DNA from: Saprolegnia diclina VS20
Taxonomy: Eukaryota
DNA: 20,000 bases
Assembly: GCF_000281045.1 (NCBI RefSeq)
Contig: NW_008246094.1
Location: 273,205 to 293,204, forward strand
Direction of reading: 5' to 3'
Position numbers and translations under genes: made by a program. Positions 1 through 10,572 of the stretch are shown here, one piece after another. Each line of letters begins with the position of its first letter. Positions within the stretch are counted from its first letter, which is position 1. The notes under the pieces are model-generated. The model searched no databases. It worked only from the letters and a program-made list of their open reading frames with translations, and had not been told where the DNA came from.

Positions 1-312
1 CAAAAGCCGTCGCTCGACGAACTCATTCGGTCGTCGATCATCCAGACCTTTCTACTGGCGATCATGTGGTGCTGGGCCGTGCGCCACGCGGTGCTGCACA
101 AGGAAGAGGTCGGCCACCACAATGCGATCCTTGCCGCCGCGGCCATGAGCGCCGTGCCATTGCCGCCGCTCGAGTCGATAGCCGCCGGCAACATTGAAGA
201 CCGCCCGGCCATGGTGCGCTCGTCGGCCGTGCCGCGCGAGACGACTCTGAGCGACAGCGAGAATGGCGCACCGCCGCCGCGGCCGCCGCAGCCCGTCCAC
301 GACATGGTATAG
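1..312 (+). CDS. 3' end of an unidentified, probably membrane-associated protein (partial, runs off the window start)
   Basis: Frame 1 is open from base 1 to TAG at 310-312 (QKPSLDELIRSSIIQTFLLAIMWCWAVRHAVLHKEE...PPPRPPQPVHDMV*), has GC3-rich codons and one hydrophobic helix, and is followed by AT-richer 3' sequence. Family not recognised. Confidence 0.7.
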   Translation, partial: QKPSLDELIRSSIIQTFLLAIMWCWAVRHAVLHKEEVGHHNAILAAAAMSAVPLPPLESIAAGNIEDRPAMVRSSAVPRETTLSDSENGAPPPRPPQPVHDMV

Positions 313-578
313 CACCCGATGCTGATAACGACTACACTAAATGCGATATACTACAATTACAACTAAGCGTTCCGAGTACTAACTGGTACGCGACGAGTCA
401 AAAAGGTAGAGTCGAACAGCGGCGGAAGACGGGACAAGCATGCAGTTGTGGCGTCGACGAGAGCCAACGAGGTAGCGTGGTTTCGTTTTAGTCGAAGTTT
501 TAGTTGAAGAGTGCTCAGTCCAATAATGTTGCTGACGAGATGCAAGACTCAGGAATGGATGGCATTGGTCTAGTAGAA

Positions 579-1790
579 TTACAAGTGAACGATGTTTGGA
601 GGCTGTAGGAGGCGACGATAGAGCTCGTCGAGCTCTCCCATGGCGCGAACGTCGCCTCGGACCGTGACGTAGGCGCGTAGGCAGCGATAGGCATCGATCG
701 CCGCCACGGTGGACGGGGGCGGGTTTGCTGGCGGCACCGGAGGCTGCCACGTCATGGCCGGGTTGTTCATGGCACTGGCGTCTTCCGCAGCACGGTTCTC
801 TGCAGCGTCCGCTTGCATTCCAGGTATTCCTTGCATTGCATCGATCGCTGCATCGATGGCCTTTACTGCACCATCTTGATCGTCGGTGTCTTGATCGTCG
901 GCGTCTTGGTCGTCGGCGTCTTGGTCGTCGTCGTCTTGGTCGTCCGAGCCACTACTACTGTCGTCGCGCACGTCGGCTTGGGGACTCTCGATCGGGTTGC
1001 CGAGTTGCTTCGGTCGTCGTAGGTTGAGGCCGTTGCGCAGGCTGAACCGCCGCAGCCACCCGCCCGAGGCCTTGAACTCGTGCATGCCGAGCGTGTCGGC
1101 AATCTCTTTGGCCTTGGTTTGGAGGAGCGTGTTGGTGACGCGGCCGCTGTGCGCGCGCATCCAGTCGACGAGCGCGTCGTCGATGGCTTTGGTCGGGAAG
1201 ACGGCCGTGAGCGTTCGCCGCGTGAGCGATGTCGTGCTGTTGCCACGCGTCTGCTGGTGTTGCATCTCGGCCCGGAGCACGTCGCTGCGTTGAAGGATCT
1301 TGCAGACAGTTTGCCGCCGCACGCCGTAGCGCGCGGCCATCGACACTTGGGACGCGCCGGCTGCGACGCCGTCGATGATCTCGATCTGCTCTTGGAGGGA
1401 CATGCGCTTGCGCTTGATGGGCGCGCTCTTCGGGCCGGGAAGCACCTTGGCTTTGAGGTCCGGAAAGCGGCGAAGGAACGCGGCCAGCCACATCGGCGAG
1501 GCCGCAAAGTCGTCGAGGCCAAGTGTGCTGGCCATCGCTTTCGCTTGGTCGGCGACCGCCTGCGCTGGGACGGTCCCGCTCCGCGCAGAGAGCCAGGCGG
1601 CGAGCGTGCCGCAAATGCGCGACGATGCATTCCTCGGGGTCGCTGGTCGCCGCGCGCGGGCGACATCCGGTGGATTGCGGGCTACAGGCCCGGCGCCAGC
1701 AAGCGATGCGATGTCTCGGACGGCCCCGGCCGCGTTGCTGTGACCGACCGGTGCGACGCCGGGTTCCGCTTGCGTGAGCGTGCGAGGCAT
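579..1790 (-). CDS. CENP-B/pogo(Tigger)-type helix-turn-helix DNA-binding protein without a DDE catalytic domain (403 aa)
   Basis: Intact single-exon ORF. aa ~126-170 RKRMSLQEQIEIIDGVAAGASQVSMAARYGVRRQTVCKIL resembles the CENP-B N-terminal/psq HTH. aa ~200-256 IDDALVDWMRAH..VTNTLLQTKAKEIADTLGMHEFKASGGWLRRFSLRNGL resembles HTH_Tnp_Tc5 (FKASxGWLxRF motif). A second Tc5-like HTH lies at aa ~59-110 (FAASPMWLAAFLRRF), followed later by an acidic tract at aa ~276-306 and a short C-terminal helical segment. Confidence 0.85.
   Translation of the reverse strand: MPRTLTQAEPGVAPVGHSNAAGAVRDIASLAGAGPVARNPPDVARARRPATPRNASSRICGTLAAWLSARSGTVPAQAVADQAKAMASTLGLDDFAASPMWLAAFLRRFPDLKAKVLPGPKSAPIKRKRMSLQEQIEIIDGVAAGASQVSMAARYGVRRQTVCKILQRSDVLRAEMQHQQTRGNSTTSLTRRTLTAVFPTKAIDDALVDWMRAHSGRVTNTLLQTKAKEIADTLGMHEFKASGGWLRRFSLRNGLNLRRPKQLGNPIESPQADVRDDSSSGSDDQDDDDQDADDQDADDQDTDDQDGAVKAIDAAIDAMQGIPGMQADAAENRAAEDASAMNNPAMTWQPPVPPANPPPSTVAAIDAYRCLRAYVTVRGDVRAMGELDELYRRLLQPPNIVHL
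874..944 (-). repeat. Coding 15-bp tandem repeat, ~4.7 copies, encoding (DDQD[A/T/D])n
   Basis: Plus-strand units tcttgatcgtcggtg / tcttgatcgtcggcg / tcttggtcgtcggcg / tcttggtcgtcgtcg / tcttggtcgtc. Confidence 0.9.
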
Positions 1791-2454
1791 CTGTCTTGCG
1801 TTTTCATTGGCTCGTGGAAAGTAGTGGTTTAGTTAGTCGGAAAACTGGAGACTAGTCGATGGGCACATGACGTGGACGAACCACACAACACCGATACGGA
1901 GTCACGGACTCGCCTGCCAGTAATGGATGATGCATGAATGCGGTGGCTTCAACTGACGCACTGCAACAAGTCGTGGGACCGCACCGCTACCCACATCACG
2001 AGAGAGCGCTGGCAGAGAGCGGACGTTAGTCTTGGCCCAGTAGGCGTTGATTCTGGCACCCTTGATTCTGGCCGAACTTAAGGCTTAAGGCGAGCGCTTG
2101 GGCTCTTAGCCGTCGCACGTCGTTTGGTAGCCGACGGCAGCGACGTCGTTAACGCCAGCCTTGGCACTGGCGCAAGGAGGCTGGTCTGTCGCTGCTCCAG
2201 TTTTCTCAGCAAGCTACTAGCACCTCGTGTTGTCCTGTGAATGGCGGACAGTTGGCAAAGACACTAGCGAGAGGAAGCGCCTTGCGCTCGCTGGTCGCGC
2301 TGCCGGTTGTTCTCCACAATGTTGTATCGCGCCCATCGATCGATGGCACTTCAACGTACACTATTCAAAGACGTTGCATATACTGTAGGCCCGTATCTTG
2401 GGCCAAGAATAGAGCGGCAACAGCCGTGGGAAAGGAAAACGCTCAAGCGACGGG

Positions 2455-3968
2455 ATGCAGCCGCGGACGAGCGCCCGCGGGGCCGGCGAAGGAACCATCA
2501 TGAAGCGCCGCCTGCGCGAGGACTCGCTTGCGATGTACTCGAACGTCGTCAAGGGTTTTGCGCACCTCAACTCGCGCGCGGACTGGGAGACCAAAGCGCA
2601 CGAGCAGAACGGGCAGCGCCAGACGCAGCGCGTCGTCGGTATGTTGCAGAACCAAGACGAGTCGGCGCTGCAGTCGCGCCGCCTCAAGCTCGCCGCCTTG
2701 TACAACGCGGAGCTCGAGCAGTGGAAGGCCATGTGTCTGGCCAACGTCGAGACACCCGAAGAGCGCAAGGCCAAGATGATTGCGCGGGCGACCGAGCTCA
2801 AGGCCAAGCGCGAGGCCGCGCGCGTGGCGTACGTCGAGGAGAAGCGCCTGCAACAGTACCGCGAAGGCTGCGACGACATTCGCACCGTCGACAGCGCGAC
2901 CGTCATGGCCGAGGTCGTCGCCGAGCGCGAGCGGCAACTCGCAGCGCTAGCCGACCGTCAAAAGGAAGAGGCCGCGTACGAAGCGCAAATGGCCGCGCTG
3001 TGGGCCGAGGACATTGCGAAGAAGGACGCTCGCGAGCGCCGCGACCGCGACCGCATCGTCGAAGGCAACGCCGCTGTCAAGGCGATCCTCGACGTCCAGG
3101 TACCCCATACACGCAGTACCTCCGCACCCGACAATCAATGCCCTAGGTGGACCACTTCAAGGCACGCGTCGCCGACGAAACGCGCGTCAAAGAGCAGGAA
3201 GACGACGAGCTCTTGCGCGAGTGGGCGCGCCACGCGCAGGTGGAAGCCGAGCTCGAGGCCGCGCGCCATCGTGACGCGCTCGACCGGGCGCGGGACGTCA
3301 AGGCGTTCAACAAGCGGCGCTCCGAGATGAGTCGGCGGGACCTTGACCGCGAGCGCGACTACGACGCCCAGCTGCTGCATCTCGCGCTGCGCAACGAGGC
3401 CGAGGCCGAGCAGCGTGAGAAGGACCAGCAAGAGCGCTTCAAGCAAGACCAGCTGGCGTACCAAGCGATGCTGCGCCGTCAAATGGAGGCAGAGAAGGAA
3501 GATCTCTCGCACCTCGATGTGATCCGCAAGCAGATGGAAGACGAGGTGTGGCGCAAGCGCGACGAAGAGCACGCGGCCGAACAAGCCGCGCGCGACGAGC
3601 TCTTGGCGCACGTCCTCGCCTCGCGCAACGACCAAATGGCGCGCAAAGCCGCGGCGAAGCGGCAGTCGGCGGCCGACGACGCCGCGTTCATGGCCGCCGT
3701 GACGCGCGAAGCCGACGAAGCGCTGCAAAAGGAGCTCGACGAGCAAGAGGTGCGCCGGCGCGACGCCAAGCGCAACCAAGCCGACCTCGCGACGCAGAAG
3801 CAACAAACGCGCGTCCAGAACGAGAGTGCCAAGCAGCGCGAGTTCCTCGACATGAAGCGCATGGCGCTGGCCGAGAAGACGCACCAGAAGAAGATGGAGG
3901 CGCTTTCGCACGTCGACCGGCACGCCAACCACCGGCGAAAGACCGCCGAGTGGTACTACGACACCTAA
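2455..3968 (+). CDS. CFAP53: Cilia- and flagella-associated protein 53 (CCDC11; trichohyalin-plectin-homology coiled coil), ~488 aa
   Basis: Exons 2455-3099 and 3147-3968, joined by a 47-nt GT..TAG phase-0 intron (3100-3146) that links the two long ORFs. The segments ETPEERKAKMIARATELKAKREAARVAYVEEKRLQQYREGCDDIR and QMAALWAEDIAKKDARE match CFAP53 as I remember it (ETIEEKKDRMREK..QQFRERCEELR; QMFSKLWEEDRLAKEKRE). An alternative ATG lies at 2500. Confidence 0.8.
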
Positions 3969-4935
3969 GTGTTTGTATCCTGTGGGTAGGGTTATACGAA
4001 TACTATCTAACTACGACGTCTTTCAATATATATATACGCGCGCGAGTGTACTCGATACGAAGATGCACACTATTAAATGTCGACACGATCCAACGACAGA
4101 TGCGGTGGAAGCCACTGTTTTGAAAACGCTGGTTCATACAGTGGATGTGCGGCACCTTGATAAACGAGTAGGTAGCGCTGTAGACGTACTCGTAGCGGCA
4201 TGCGACGATGCGCCCAACGTACAGAGCCTGTTACGCACGGTGGTCGTGATCGGACGTTCGTTGGCGTTGCAGTGCTTGTGCAGAAGCAAATCTTGCCTTC
4301 CTTTGGGTACAAGCACTGTTTCTTTGATACCTGTTGATGCGTACACCGTTCAGAGTTGAACAGCATACACTGTTTAGAAACTGTTGCTCGTTGCTAGTAG
4401 TACTGCAGCACGTAGTAGGAAGTCGTTCAAGTAGTTTCGAGAGACTACAAAACATTTCCTTCCCAATGTCAGATCACATGACATTATGTGCATTTTTGAA
4501 ACATTTCTATCACACTGTTGGCATTTTTTACATTCTCGAAATTCATTCTAGATCTGGAGATTTGGGGGCAACTCGGCAAGCCTAGGACACGAAAATTGCT
4601 TTGCCCAAACGTACAGTATGAATCACCGACCAACGCAGACGCTCGTCCCACGTATCTTCTGCAGTCGGAGAAGGTTTTAATATTTGGCTGACGCCATCCA
4701 GCGTACTAAGCTCCGTACCGAGCACGCTGGACCACTCACTCGCAGTCACGTTCCGCAACTGGCCAGTGACAGATGCATCGACTGCTCGAGTGCTCCCCTT
4801 CCCCGCGTCGACCAACGCCCGTTCCTGTCGTATCGCTTTCGAAAGTAGTTGTCGTCGGGTCGTAGATAGAGAAGAGTGCTACACGTAGAGCGTTACTGAG
4901 CTCGTAGACAGCTCGAGTGCAGTAGTCGATGCAAG

Positions 4936-6049
4936 CTACGATGCAAGCAGCCGATTGCACTCGCGCGCCACGTCGGAAACGCTCACGCGGCCTTTCTTGC
5001 CAATGTACGTGGCGACGCGCTTCATGTCGTCGTCGTCGACCGCGATGAACTTGCCGCGGTCGTCCAAGAAGCCCGAGAGCCGACCGGCAGTCAGAAGCGA
5101 CTGCAACCGCTGCATCGTCGCCGTCGTCGACAGCCCAAAGCGCAACGCGAGGTCTTCGAGCAGCACCACCTTGTGCGTCTATACAGGCCTGAGCTTTGGC
5201 CACCAAACGTCGATCGAACCGCCAAGTAAGCGAGGAAGTCCGAGAGGAGATGCGTCGACTCGGATAGCTCCACGCGGTCGGACCCGGCGTCGTCGACGGA
5301 GAACTGGCCTTTCCACTTGGCCAATTCAGCGGCGTCGCGCGCGGCTTGCACTTGGGCCGCCTCGGCGGCAGCCATGGCCTAGATGAGGTGGTACGATGCA
5401 TGCATGAGCTTGCTTGCGTCTACCTCGGCCGCTTCACGGGTCGCTTCGTTTAGCACCTTTTTGCGGTAGGCCTAGCATCAAGAAGGGGACGTGGAGGTAC
5501 TGCGAGAAGAGAGAGATTACGTTGGCTTCTGCGTCTTGGAGCTTGCGCGCTTCGTCGCGTCGGTACTCGTCAAACTAGAGTAAGAATGACCATGCTGATG
5601 CTCGAACGACAGTTAGTACCTTGCGCTGCTGCTCGCGCTCTTGCCGCTTTTGCTCCTTTTTGATTTCGCGTCGGGTCGTCGGCGGCGGCCTACGCGCAAA
5701 CTGTGACCGCCTGGACGTCGATGTTGCTCGTACCGCTGGCGATCGCCGCCTCGGGGCTCGTCTTCCTCGTCCTCGTCCGACGCATCGTCTTCGTCGTCAT
5801 TGCGCACGTGTCGTCGCCGCTGGCGCAGGCCATTACGACCTTGCTGCTGCTCATGCTGTCGTCGCCGGGGCTGTCGCCCGTTGGCGTCGTCCTACGCAGG
5901 CCCACTCATACGACGCCGCCACTACGGCCGCTCCGTACCGCTATCGCCTCTGCATGGCCAATGTACCCGACCATGTACAGAATCCAGGCCATGGTCGCGG
6001 CGAGGCCGATGGCGCCGACCGCGAGCAGCGCTGCGTCCGACGTCTGCAT
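4936..6049 (-). CDS. DDRGK1: DDRGK domain-containing protein 1 (UFBP1; ER-anchored UFMylation adaptor), ~280 aa, 7 exons
   Basis: Exons 6049-5939, 5891-5734, 5689-5620, 5574-5521, 5471-5424, 5378-5220 and 5178-4936 (843 nt, in frame). Six GT..TAG introns of 47, 44, 45, 49, 45 and 41 nt. N-terminal membrane anchor (AALLAVGAIGLAATMAWILYMVGYI), charged coiled coil, KWKGQFSVDDAG, then the PCI-like end KVVLLEDLA..LSGFLDDRGKFI..YIGKKGRVSVSDVARECNRLL. Confidence 0.92.
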
Positions 6050-7586
6050 TGTGCGAACCCTGCGACAATGCATACCTCTCATCATCTGTATGGACGCATT
6101 CCCTTTGGCAATCGATACAGAATATCGAGTTTCAAATACAGTGTAGCAATGCTGGACGCGAGATTTCGGCGCCGTGTCTCTTTCTCGACGGGAAACGTTT
6201 ACAGCCGTGCGTCGTGCCACGTGGTGCAGCGTCCGAGCCTCTACCGGGTGGGGCCAACGACACCGTTCTGCCCACCGCAAGTGACGGGCCATCCTCAAAG
6301 ACTCCTTCGTTTCTTCTCTCCTCCGCTACCGACTAAAATACCGACGCACCGGTAGGATAGCCTCGCTCGACGCCGCCGTGTCGAAGTCTGGACAAGTCGT
6401 CGTTACGCATGCTATCGCTTGCAGGTCTCATGGGACGAGCACCGTCAGTAGGGATGAGGTGCACCCGAGATGGACTCGACCAGGATGACGACCTACACAC
6501 ACGGCGTGCAAGGTGCGATACCCATCCTGACGATCGGATAAATCCGGGATAATCTTGAGAGTCACCTCTCGGACGCAAGACAACGTGTATCCTTCTATAC
6601 TATCTACTTGGAAAAGGACTTGGGCTCAAGGCGGTGTATGCACTCGGGCGCTTGTCAGGACGGTTGTTGGCGCGTGTTGAAGCAGCCCATGTTGCCGGGC
6701 GTTGCCGGTCGAAAGAATGTTCTGAGGCAGGGTCCACCCCATCTGTTTTGTAGGAGGGGGGCTCACGTACCCACAAGTCACATGGTGATATAGGCCGCTG
6801 TTACAGCGCGGCTCGGAGGCCTTCTACGACGCGCTTGGGGCCATTGATGTCGCGATGGCAGGCGAGCAAAGGCGCGACAAGCAGCATCCCACGTTGGTCA
6901 GCGGATTTGCTGCCGATGCTGACACACTTGCATCAAGTGCTGCTGCCTGACGTCGTCCAGCACGGGGAACGGTCTCTCGTGCGTTCAGTACAAGTGTAAA
7001 CGAGGTGCGCCGAACGCACGCAGTTGCGAGTAGCTTGTACCTGCGTCCAAGATGAGGTTTGACGCGAAGAAGCGCGCCCTATACAGACGCAGAGATGACA
7101 ACGCTGGACCGTCGTCGTCAAGTAATCGGTAGGACCCCGTACTCGTCGTCGTGGTCGGTACCTATAAATACAATGCCAAGATCATGGCGGGCCGCAATAA
7201 AATACAATAGTATTATTGCGCCGTTTTCGCCCAAATATAAAGCGCATCGCCCTTTCCTCACTTCGTTTTATACAAAGAACGAACGATTTCAACCGAAGAA
7301 AAAAAGATAACGCACCAAAATTAAATTAAATTAAATTCGAACTCGAACAAGGTGATGATTCCAACGCAATAAAATACCGGATCAGCCCTCCATGGTCCAA
7401 AGATAGGGGCCAATCCGAGAGCGTGAGTAACTGGCGATTAAAATAACCGTGGTACTTGCGTGTAAAAGACGTGTGAAACGTGCGTTTGCACTTGGCGCGC
7501 ATACAAATGAGTGCTTTGGGATGTGAAAAACACATTGCTCACGCTGTGAATAAAATGCAAGTTGGCCAGAAAGGACGCTACAGCGG

Positions 7587-7595
7587 AGCCAATCA
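7587..7595 (+). promoter_or_regulatory. Candidate CCAAT box upstream of the START-FYVE-GAF gene
   Basis: AGCCAATCA about 110 nt upstream of ATG 7701; a weaker GGCCAATC lies near 7408. Motif match only. Confidence 0.35.
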
Positions 7596-7700
7596 AGTGC
7601 ACTCTGGGCCATTTGGCGAAGTCTACCCTCTGTAGAGGCTGCCACCTGGTGGACGTCGCCGTGGCCTCTGCCTTGAAATTTGAATTGGTCCTGTGAAGAG

Positions 7701-9977
7701 ATGAACGGCTATTCAGGGGTCCTGGACTACACGGGCGTCTTGAGCAATGGCCAAGGCTCGGGCGCCGGCGTCTCGTCCGGCGGCGGCTCGCGCGGCATGG
7801 CGCCGACGAGCAGCTCGGCCGATGTGCACGCCGAGACGCGCCGCCGCTCCAACTCGATCGGCGCGCGGAGCTCGTCCAACACGTCCGTCTCGTCGCAGTC
7901 GACGTCGTCATTCTCGATGTTCCCAATGGTCGAAAAAATGTACCGCGTGCGCATCACCGAAGACATTGAGCGCGATCTGCGCTATCTGGGGCAAAGTCGT
8001 GCCGACGCGCTCATCTCGGAGTTTGACATGGTGCCGCTCAAGGACACAAAGGGCATCCAGATGTACGAGCTCGCCGAGCAGGAGTTTTACACGATGAAGG
8101 CGGTGGTCATGATCCCCAAGTCGTCGATCCACGACGTGATGAACCTCATGGACATGCCGACGACCGCCAACTTTCGCGATACGATGGGCGACATCTTTGG
8201 CCCGCTCTTCCTCGACGGCGTCGTGCTCTACTCGGCACCCAAGGACGTGACGCGCCCGAACGAGTCGCTCTCGGTCAACTGGATGGCGCTGCAGTCGTCC
8301 AAGCCGCATTTGCCGCACCGCGACTATGTCTTCCTCAAGTACGGCGACTGCTTTAGCCGGTCGAGCGACCAGTACCGCCAGAGCATGGACGATGGCATGG
8401 GCAACAACTACGTCGGCGCGTCGATCTGGGAGTCGATCGAGTTTGACGGCTGCGGCCCGCTGCCCGAATCTCAAAACGTCGTGCGGCTCAAGTTTCGCCG
8501 CTGCGGCTTTGTGTTTGAAGAGTCGCAGGCGACCGACCAGCTCCGCGTCTCGTTCTTTCTCTCCGAGTCGCACCCAGGTCGCGGCATGGTCTCCAACCTC
8601 ACCAAGGCGTGGATGACCAAGATGCTCATGTGCATTTCCGACATCTCTGGCACGCTCATCACCAAGCACCTCAGCGAGCAGACGCTGCTCAACAAGAACG
8701 AATTCTCCAAGGACGGCCACTGCTGCTTCATCTGCCTCACGAAGTTCACGATGCTGCGGCGAAAGCAACACTGCCGAATCTGCGGCGACGTCGTCTGTGG
8801 CAAGTGCTCCAACATGAAGACTGTGCGCCAGAACGGCCAAAACAAGGAAGTCCGCATCTGCCTCCAGTGCACGTCGGCGTCGACCAACTCGATGTCGCGC
8901 GGCTCGACGGGCTCGGGCCTCCAGCGCCAAGCGTCCAAGCCGTCCATGCTCTCGTCGTCCATGTCGTGCTCGAGCGTCGCGTCGTCCGAGTCGGCGTACT
9001 CGTACCACGAAGAGGAAGTCTCGGCCGACTTCAACACCAAGCAAGCCAAGCAGCCAATCATCATGGAAGAGCGCGAGACGCCGACGCACAACTACTACGC
9101 GTCGCAGGCCTCGTACTCGTCGCAGTCGTCGTCGGCGGGCGGCGCCAACGACATGATTCTGCTCTCGTCCATTGACACGTCGGCGTCGACGGTCGCGTCG
9201 GCCATCTCATCGGGCAGCTCGAGCGACATGGTGATGCTCACCAAGGACAAGCCCGCGAGCATCCGTGAAAACACTACGTTCTCGTACGCGCTCTCGTACA
9301 CGTCCCGACAGGAGTGGCCGAAGGCGCCGATGCCCCGCAACGAAGTGCCGCGCCTCGCCAAGGTCCGGTCGCTGCACCTCACCGACCCGGAGAACCAGTT
9401 TCAGGACATGGTCGATGTGGCGGCGACGACTTTGTCGTGCTCGATCGCTGCGATTTGCGTTATCGGCGACAAGACCGGCTACCTCCTCGCGCGCTTGGGG
9501 CTCGCAAAGCGCGAGGTCTCGCGCAACATTCTCTTTGACGCGCACACGATCATGAGCGCGTCACCGACCGTCGTCCTTGACGCCAAGCAAGACGTCCGGT
9601 TCGTCAACAACCCGCTCGTGACGGACGGCAACATCCTCTTTTACGCCGGCGTGCCGCTCGTGACAAGCGACGGCCACTACGTCGGGTCGTTCTCGGTCGC
9701 CGACCAAGTGCCGCGGCAGGAGCTCACGGGCGACCAGCTCATTTTCCTTCAGAATTTGGCCGACCTCGCGATCCGCGGCATCGAGGCCAACACGGCGCGC
9801 ATGCTGCGACCGGAGGCAAGCGGCTCGACGCTTGCGGTCACGCCCGAGCCGTCGTACGTGCCGCCGCCGCCCGAGATGGACGCGGCGAAAGCGGCGCTCA
9901 CGATGCAGGAGCTGCTCAAGACGGCGTACGACACGCAGTGCCAAGTGCGCATGCAAGTGCACAAGGCGGTCGAGTAG
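7701..9977 (+). CDS. START-like / FYVE zinc finger / GAF domain protein (oomycete-type architecture), 758 aa
   Basis: Single exon from ATG 7701 (the ORF-track start at 7680 is TTG). START-like region (LSVNWMALQSS..HRDYVFLKY..IWESIEFDGC..RRCGFVFEE, ~7950-8650). FYVE CFICLTKFTMLRRKQHCRICGDVVCGKCS..VRICLQC (~8715-8870). Ser-rich linker. GAF PMPRNEVPRL..VVLDAKQDVRFVNNPLV..FYAGVPLVTSDGHYVGSFSVAD..PR (~9320-9785). Confidence 0.88.
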   Translation: MNGYSGVLDYTGVLSNGQGSGAGVSSGGGSRGMAPTSSSADVHAETRRRSNSIGARSSSNTSVSSQSTSSFSMFPMVEKMYRVRITEDIERDLRYLGQSRADALISEFDMVPLKDTKGIQMYELAEQEFYTMKAVVMIPKSSIHDVMNLMDMPTTANFRDTMGDIFGPLFLDGVVLYSAPKDVTRPNESLSVNWMALQSSKPHLPHRDYVFLKYGDCFSRSSDQYRQSMDDGMGNNYVGASIWESIEFDGCGPLPESQNVVRLKFRRCGFVFEESQATDQLRVSFFLSESHPGRGMVSNLTKAWMTKMLMCISDISGTLITKHLSEQTLLNKNEFSKDGHCCFICLTKFTMLRRKQHCRICGDVVCGKCSNMKTVRQNGQNKEVRICLQCTSASTNSMSRGSTGSGLQRQASKPSMLSSSMSCSSVASSESAYSYHEEEVSADFNTKQAKQPIIMEERETPTHNYYASQASYSSQSSSAGGANDMILLSSIDTSASTVASAISSGSSSDMVMLTKDKPASIRENTTFSYALSYTSRQEWPKAPMPRNEVPRLAKVRSLHLTDPENQFQDMVDVAATTLSCSIAAICVIGDKTGYLLARLGLAKREVSRNILFDAHTIMSASPTVVLDAKQDVRFVNNPLVTDGNILFYAGVPLVTSDGHYVGSFSVADQVPRQELTGDQLIFLQNLADLAIRGIEANTARMLRPEASGSTLAVTPEPSYVPPPPEMDAAKAALTMQELLKTAYDTQCQVRMQVHKAVE

Positions 9978-10572
9978 AAGAGAGCACGACGACAAATAGG
10001 ATGATCCGAAGAAGACGACGATATGGCCTTTATACCCCACGACGCACGCAGTCGTAGTTCTACCTCGCCTCTCACCACCTCGTACTTATTGGCGTAAATT
10101 AAGTGTGTATAAATTGATTCGAATTTGCACAACAGCCATGACGATGGACTCTACCGCCAGCGACGCACTGCTCGGCGTGACCACGGCGCGTGTTGACTTC
10201 GATGGCAGCGACGATACGACTTGCACTTTCGGCAGATGACGGTGCAGGAGCGGACAAGACAACGGGAACGTTCGTAGCCCCAAGGGTCGAGACGCAACGT
10301 CATGTTGCCACGAGGTAGAGTCGACACGCGTGACTACTCTAAGCCCCATTGCTTGACCAAGGGCCCGTCGATGCTACAAAGTACTCACATCGCCTTGCTT
10401 CACGTATACAGCACGGGATGTATGGCCTTTGACAGGGTCGGTGGACTTTGCCCTTTGAGATTGCACTTGCCGCCTCGAGACGATGAGATGCCCAAATAAC
10501 ATGTATTAACGCTCGGCAGCGCGCATGAGTACGCGTGGCTAGCCGTCGCTGCTGTCGTCGTGGGTCGAATGT

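Noticed and set aside
579..1790. Active pogo/Tigger transposon
   Set aside because: No DDE domain, and no TIRs or TA target duplication found by eye.
3095..3150. Apparent frameshifts or split ORFs in CFAP53 (likewise DDRGK1, GCAT, insulysin and the LPMO), suggesting pseudogenes or programmed frameshifting
   Set aside because: Every break is resolved by a short canonical GT-AG intron that restores the frame and the conserved motifs.
4073..4455. Cys-containing short minus-strand ORFs (CTHQQVSKKQCL.., TVRNRLCTLG..) vaguely like oomycete Cys/His zinc-finger repeat proteins
   Set aside because: The resemblance needs several frameshifts, the His ligands are missing and the region lacks the GC3 bias of real genes here; not supportable without a search.
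6050..7700. 1.65-kb divergent spacer with several short ORFs and an AT-rich (TAAAT)n patch near 7318-7337
   Set aside because: No recognisable protein motif, tRNA/snRNA/rRNA signature or terminal repeats; treated as intergenic/regulatory DNA.
7680..7700. ORF-track starts at TTG 7680 (and at 16426 for the insulysin)
   Set aside because: The extensions lack homology or coding-like composition; ATG 7701 and ATG 16264/16255 are preferred.
7908..9089. Long antisense or alternate-frame ORFs over real genes (e.g. 7908-9089 -, 3135-3932 -, 1080-1832 +, 14409-15185 +, 18129-18965 -, 17897-18889 +)
   Set aside because: Shadow ORFs expected from high GC3 codon usage; Arg/Ala/Val-rich with no motifs, and fully overlapping well-supported genes.
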